A stretch of DNA of 63,857 bases, counting the filler, from Lenisia limosa (taxonomy: Eukaryota; Protista; Breviatea): assembly GCA_001655205.1 (NCBI GenBank). It is 11 parts of 11 records of this genome, joined end to end, with 100 filler letters (N's around TTAATTAATTAA, not from the genome) between each part and the next. Parts side by side here need not be neighbours in the genome. Positions count along the whole stretch, not along the records: positions 62,079 to 63,857 come from LPNZ01000777.1; 10 more parts are not named here. One strand, 5' to 3'. Made by a program: the position numbers and the translations under genes. Of the stretch, positions 63,222-63,857 are shown in pieces (the stretch's first letter is position 1; every line of letters begins with the position of its first letter). The notes under the pieces were generated by a model. It did no database searches, was not told the DNA's origin, and was given only the letters and a program-made list of their open reading frames with translations.

Positions 63222-63857
63222 GAACAGCGATTCAGTCCTGTGAGAATCAGAAGCAATCGTCGTTTCTCTAAATCTCTGGGAAGTAGTGGCTTGTTTCAGA
63301 TGGAAATAGAGTCCTTGGGAGTCTAGTCAAGGTACCCAAGCTTACAACAAGCTCTGACGTAATAATGAAAAATCATTGTTTGAATGTGGATATATGATGA
63401 TCACAATCTTGCCATCTATGGCTCAAGGCTTACAAATTGTCAGCAGGGGGGTGCTGCAGAGGTGGCCCCAGGGTCCAATCATGTCCCGTTCCGTCTCCCG
63501 CTATCACAAACTAAGGTGTTAGAAAGTGTACCTTAAGTCAGCTTTGTTATGGTATCCCTACGTATTATAAAATACTTGATTTAGACTTTATTATTTAAAG
63601 GTATTTTCTTGTTCTTTAAAAGGATGAGATAGTGATACTGCCATTAAATATCATTGCTGCTAACTAAAGTGAGTGGATAACACAAAACCAAAGTGAGAAG
63701 ATAACTCAAGATTCTACACACACTGTTGACCGTTGATTGCTTCTTACCTCCCCCACCCCCGACGAGTGGATTTGTTTTTGATTTTTGCTTCTTATTCCTT
63801 GGTTTTATTACCCCTCCCCCAAAAAAAAAATAATAATAATAAAAAAATACAACACAC

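Overview
This is a fragmented draft-assembly window from an AT-rich, intron-dense eukaryote using the standard genetic code. It looks amoebozoan (CARMIL-like gene, very short introns), which is an inference. Many N-gaps are present, ten with the artificial joiner TTAATTAATTAA. Most ORF-track entries are exon fragments or antisense shadows. Genes were reconstructed by eye from GT-AG exons: an acidic low-complexity protein, a complete ETF-ubiquinone oxidoreductase (ETFDH) head-to-head with peptidyl-tRNA hydrolase 2 (PTRH2), two convergent signal-peptide RCC1-repeat genes, an ARM-like fragment, a Lys/Glu coiled-coil protein, a ZCCHC17/pNO40-like gene, an Angel/CCR4-type EEP nuclease with an N-terminal RanBP2 zinc finger, and a CARMIL-like PH-LRR gene. 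The most striking feature is the SR/SP tail of the ZCCHC17-like gene, built from an array of 33-39 nt phase-1 microexons with one peptide repeat per exon. Introns hold several tiny (about 45-100 bp) dispersed repeat families. Two copies of a pogo-like (DDE_1) transposon sit head-to-head and form nested inverted repeats. No rRNA, tRNA or CRISPR array was recognised. Coordinates are hand-counted and may be off by a few bases.
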